From assembly GCF_964355755.1 (NCBI RefSeq), contig NC_092678.1, forward strand, positions 4,852,422-4,916,421: 64,000 nt of DNA. The letters are read 5' to 3'. The translations under genes and the position numbers were made by a program. The DNA is from Antedon mediterranea (lineage: Eukaryota; Animalia; Echinodermata). A model generated the notes under the pieces. That model ran no database searches, was not told where the DNA came from, and was given only the letters and a program-made list of their open reading frames with translations. The first letter of the stretch is position 1, and the number at the start of each line of letters is the position of its first letter. Positions 60,626 through 64,000 of this stretch are shown one piece after another.

Positions 60626-60640
60626 CTCCCCCCTCTTTCT
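60626..60640 (-). other. Polypurine tract (PPT)
   Basis: Minus strand AGAAAGAGGGGGGAG immediately followed by TG. Confidence 0.85.
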
Positions 60641-60848
60641 GAGCTCAAAACTCTTTCTTGGAGTTTTGAGGGGAAAGTATACACGGACGTGGCAAAATAT
60701 AACATTTCCGACCTAGAAACCCTGTTTAATATATGAATATAAATTCAAACTACATTACGTGAAAACCAAATTCTCATTACAAACAAAATGTAAGAAACAA
60801 GTAACTTATAAACATTAAAACCTATTTTGTCTATTTGTAAAGTAACCC

Positions 60849-63800
60849 TTAAGTTAATGGTTTTCGTGACAATCCGTCAGCATTACCATTAGAAATACCC
60901 CTTCTATGTACAACAGTAAAGCAATAAGGTTGTAAATCAAGACTCCATCTAGTTAGTCTTTTGTTTGTCTCTTTCATTTCAACCAACCATTTGAGTGGTT
61001 GATGGTCAGTAACTATCTTAAATTTTCTGCCTAGTAGATAATATCGCAGACTTTCGACAGCCCATTTTATAGCTAAACACTCTTTCTCTATAGTTGCATA
61101 ATTCTGTTCTCTTGGGAACATCTTACGACTAAGATACAATACTGGATGGTCAGTACCATCAGGACCTAGTTGACTAAGTACTGCACCTAACCCTCGATCT
61201 GACGCATCTGTTTGCAGTATAAACTCTGCATTAAAATCTGGGTTTCGTAACACAGGGTCTGAACATAACGCCTGTTTTAACTTTACAAGTGCATCTTCGC
61301 ACTCAGGCGTCCATTTGATTTTATCTGGATGTTTTTTCCCCGTCAGATCAGTTAGAGGTGCTGCGATGTCAGCATAATTAGGAATAAACTTTCGGTAGTA
61401 TCCTGTCAGGCCAAGAAAAGATTTAACATCCTTCTTAGTTTTAGGTTTTTCCCATTGTACTACCGCTTCTACCTTAGTCTTTTGAGGACGTATCATTCCC
61501 TCTCCAACTACATACCCTAAATAATGCACTTTACTATGTGCGAAACTACATTTTGCAGGTTTGACTGTCAGATTAGCTTGCTTGAGGGTCTGAAAAATGT
61601 CCCTAAGATGATGGATATGACTTTCCCAGTCTGGACTAAATATTACCAGATCATCCATATAAGCTGCTGCATAAGATTCTTTCTTGCGCAACAGTTGATC
61701 CATCATTCTTTGAAACGTTGCAGGAGCCCCATGCAAGCCAAATGGTAAATACTTAAATTGGTACAAACCCATTGGTGTTGAAAAAGCTGTATATGGTTTT
61801 GACCGTTCAGTTAATGGAACCTGCCAGTAACCTTTACATAAATCTAACTTTGTTATAAATTTAGCAGGACCAACCCTGCCTATTATTTCATCTATTCGAG
61901 GCATTGGATATGCATCAAACTTGCTCAAGCTATTCACTTTTTTGTAATTTACGCAAAAGCGAGCTGTACCGTCCGGCTTTGGTACCATGATATAAGGAGA
62001 GGACCAGGGACTGTGAGACTCTTCTATTACCCCAAGTTCCAACATAGATTCTATCTCTTCTTTTACTTTGCCTAACTTAGCCTGAGGAATTGGATAAGCT
62101 CTTAATCTAACTGGGTGTACCCCTAGGTTCATTTCAATATCATGCTTTATTACAGTAGTTTTCCCTGGCTTGTCCTGTAACACTGAGTCAAATTCAGAAA
62201 ACACCTCCGCTAAATCTGAAAGCTGAGATTCATCTAATCCTTCACCAGAATCTAAGGTTAAATTGGAACTAGAAATATTTGACCAAGAAATGTCCTTATC
62301 CTGACCCTCGTCTTGTCCAGTTACATCATTTATAGCCAGCATAACCTCAATAGTTCTACGATGAAATTGTTTTAAAAGATTTATGTGGTAGACTTTTGAC
62401 TTTTTCCGTTTATCATTAGTTTCCACCTCATAGTTTACTGGACCTAGTTTCCTTAAAACCTTGTAAGGACCTTGCCATTTTGCCTCTAATGCATCGTTAC
62501 TAGATGGTAAGAGTAATAGGACTTCATCACCTGGACTAAATTCTCTACAAACAGATTTCTGATCATATTTTTGTTTTTGCCTTGTTTGGGATAGTTCAAT
62601 GTTTTCCTGGACTAGATCTTTCATTGAAGTTAACCTATCTCTCATTTTAACAACGTGTGAAACCACACTTTGAGGACCTGTCACCGTGCCTGTCCACATT
62701 TCTTTCATTATATCAAGTGGACCTCGTACCTTCCAACCATACAATAATTCAAATGGAGAGAACCCAGTTGACTCCTGCGGTACCTCCCTATAAGCAAATA
62801 ATAGGTACGGAAGCAATTTATCCCATTCTCGGGGATCATCCTGAACAAATTTTCTAATCATAGCCTTGAGGGTGCCATTAAATCTTTCCACTAATCCATC
62901 GGTTTGTGGATGGTAGGGAGAAGTAGTCAAGCCCTTAATTGAAAGTAACTTATAAATTTGACTCAACAACTTAGAGGTAAAGTTAGAGCCTTGATCGGTT
63001 AAAATTTCTGTTGGTACCCCTACCCTGGAAAATAATTTAATCAACTCATCCGCTATCTTTGGAGCTTCAATACTTCTCAGTGGGATAGCCTCCGGATATC
63101 GAGTTGCATAATCACATATAACCAAGACATATTTATTTCCTGTCTTACTCCGTGCTAGTGGACCAACAATGTCCATAGCGATTCGGCGGAATGGTTCACT
63201 GATTATTGGCAAAAGAATCATCGGAGCCTTCAATTTAGTTTTATACTTTGAAGTTTTCTGACAATTTTCACAAGTGTTACAATATTCGGTCACATCCTTT
63301 CTAATACCAGGCCAAAAGAATCTCTGCTTTATCCTATCTAATGTCTTTTTCCTACCTAAATGACCTGCCAAAGGAATATCATGTGAGACTTTCAATACAC
63401 TATTACGGCAAGGGTATGGAACTACTAATTGCTCTATTGGTTCTGTCTGGTGTTTAGTGAAAACCTGCCTAAATAAAATTCCATCCTTACAGACTATCTT
63501 TATAGTGTCATCATCCTTCTGTACTAACATCTGTTCTCGAAGTGAAATTAAAGTTCTATCCTTAACCTGATAATCCTTAATTTTATCTCTGCCAATATCT
63601 AAAATGTCTAATTCACTATCTTGGCTAGATTGAGCTTCCTTTGTTTTTGCAAACTCTTTCCTAACTTTTCGTTTCTCACTTCTGGTTTTATGAACTTTTT
63701 CCTTGGGAGGGTTGTTACTGAGTAGTTGGCCATCTAAATGTCCAAATTCTTCTTGAAAATTAACCACATCATCTAACTGATGTGAAATAACCCCAGAAGC

Positions 63801-64000
63801 TTTTTCCGACTTTAATTCGTTTTCCTCTCTTAGTTTTTCTTTTCTAGCATGATCTCTAGTGGCAACAAAACTATGCCTATCATGATTCTTATCCCTCTTT
63901 CCTAATAAGTCTCCAAATTTAGGAAAGTCCCTACCAAGAATTACATCTCTTGGTAAATCGCTGCAAACGCCAACCAACAAATTATGGTCTTCGTTATTAA
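60849..64000 (-). mobile_element. pol: Ty3/Gypsy LTR retrotransposon pol, Gmr1-like domain order PR-IN-RT-RH; truncated by window edge
   Basis: Uninterrupted ORF of at least 1043 aa. In order: protease C-end VILGRDF; integrase HHCC (HDIPLAGH..CNTCENC), DDE core (MDIVGP, TDQGSNF, VERFN) and GPY/F (KWQGPYKV); RT (KLDLCKGYWQ, PFGLHGAP, YMDD); RNase H (TDAS, EKE, TDH, NADGLSR). Confidence 0.95.

Noticed and set aside
61524-62857. Plus-strand ORFs inside pol
   Set aside because: These are short antisense shadows of the retrotransposon ORF.

Overview
This window is AT-rich, intron-rich animal genomic DNA. An invertebrate deuterostome (echinoderm-like) origin is my inference from gene structure and repeat content; it is not prokaryotic and has no CRISPR, rRNA or tRNA. 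I reconstructed seven spliced host genes by hand: SLC35A2 (-), CHCHD4/MIA40 (+), a 440-aa IL-17-receptor-like type I membrane protein (-), CFAP92/KIAA1257-like (+), WASHC4 (-), CDK20 (-), and the 5' exons of an unidentified gene (+). Six of them form three head-to-head pairs. An apparently intact Gmr1-type Ty3/Gypsy element (integrase upstream of RT) with PPT and 3' LTR lies at the right edge. Introns and intergenic DNA hold many non-autonomous DNA transposons (Harbinger-, Merlin-, Kolobok-, hAT-, Tc1- and EnSpm-like, plus a Helentron/DINE-like element triplicated in tandem), CR1 LINE and SINE fragments, Penelope-type hammerhead-like motifs and several minisatellites. The most interesting observations are: (1) the receptor has a phase 1-1 Sushi/CCP exon between its FN3/Ig-like domains and no SEFIR/TIR domain, making it a candidate decoy; (2) CTAG/TAGGCCTA-rich tracts follow the first exon of six genes; (3) a 57-bp palindrome and a CCAAT array sit in the CDK20 bidirectional promoter; (4) the dispersed hammerhead-like motifs. 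Gene names come from recalled protein motifs, not database searches.
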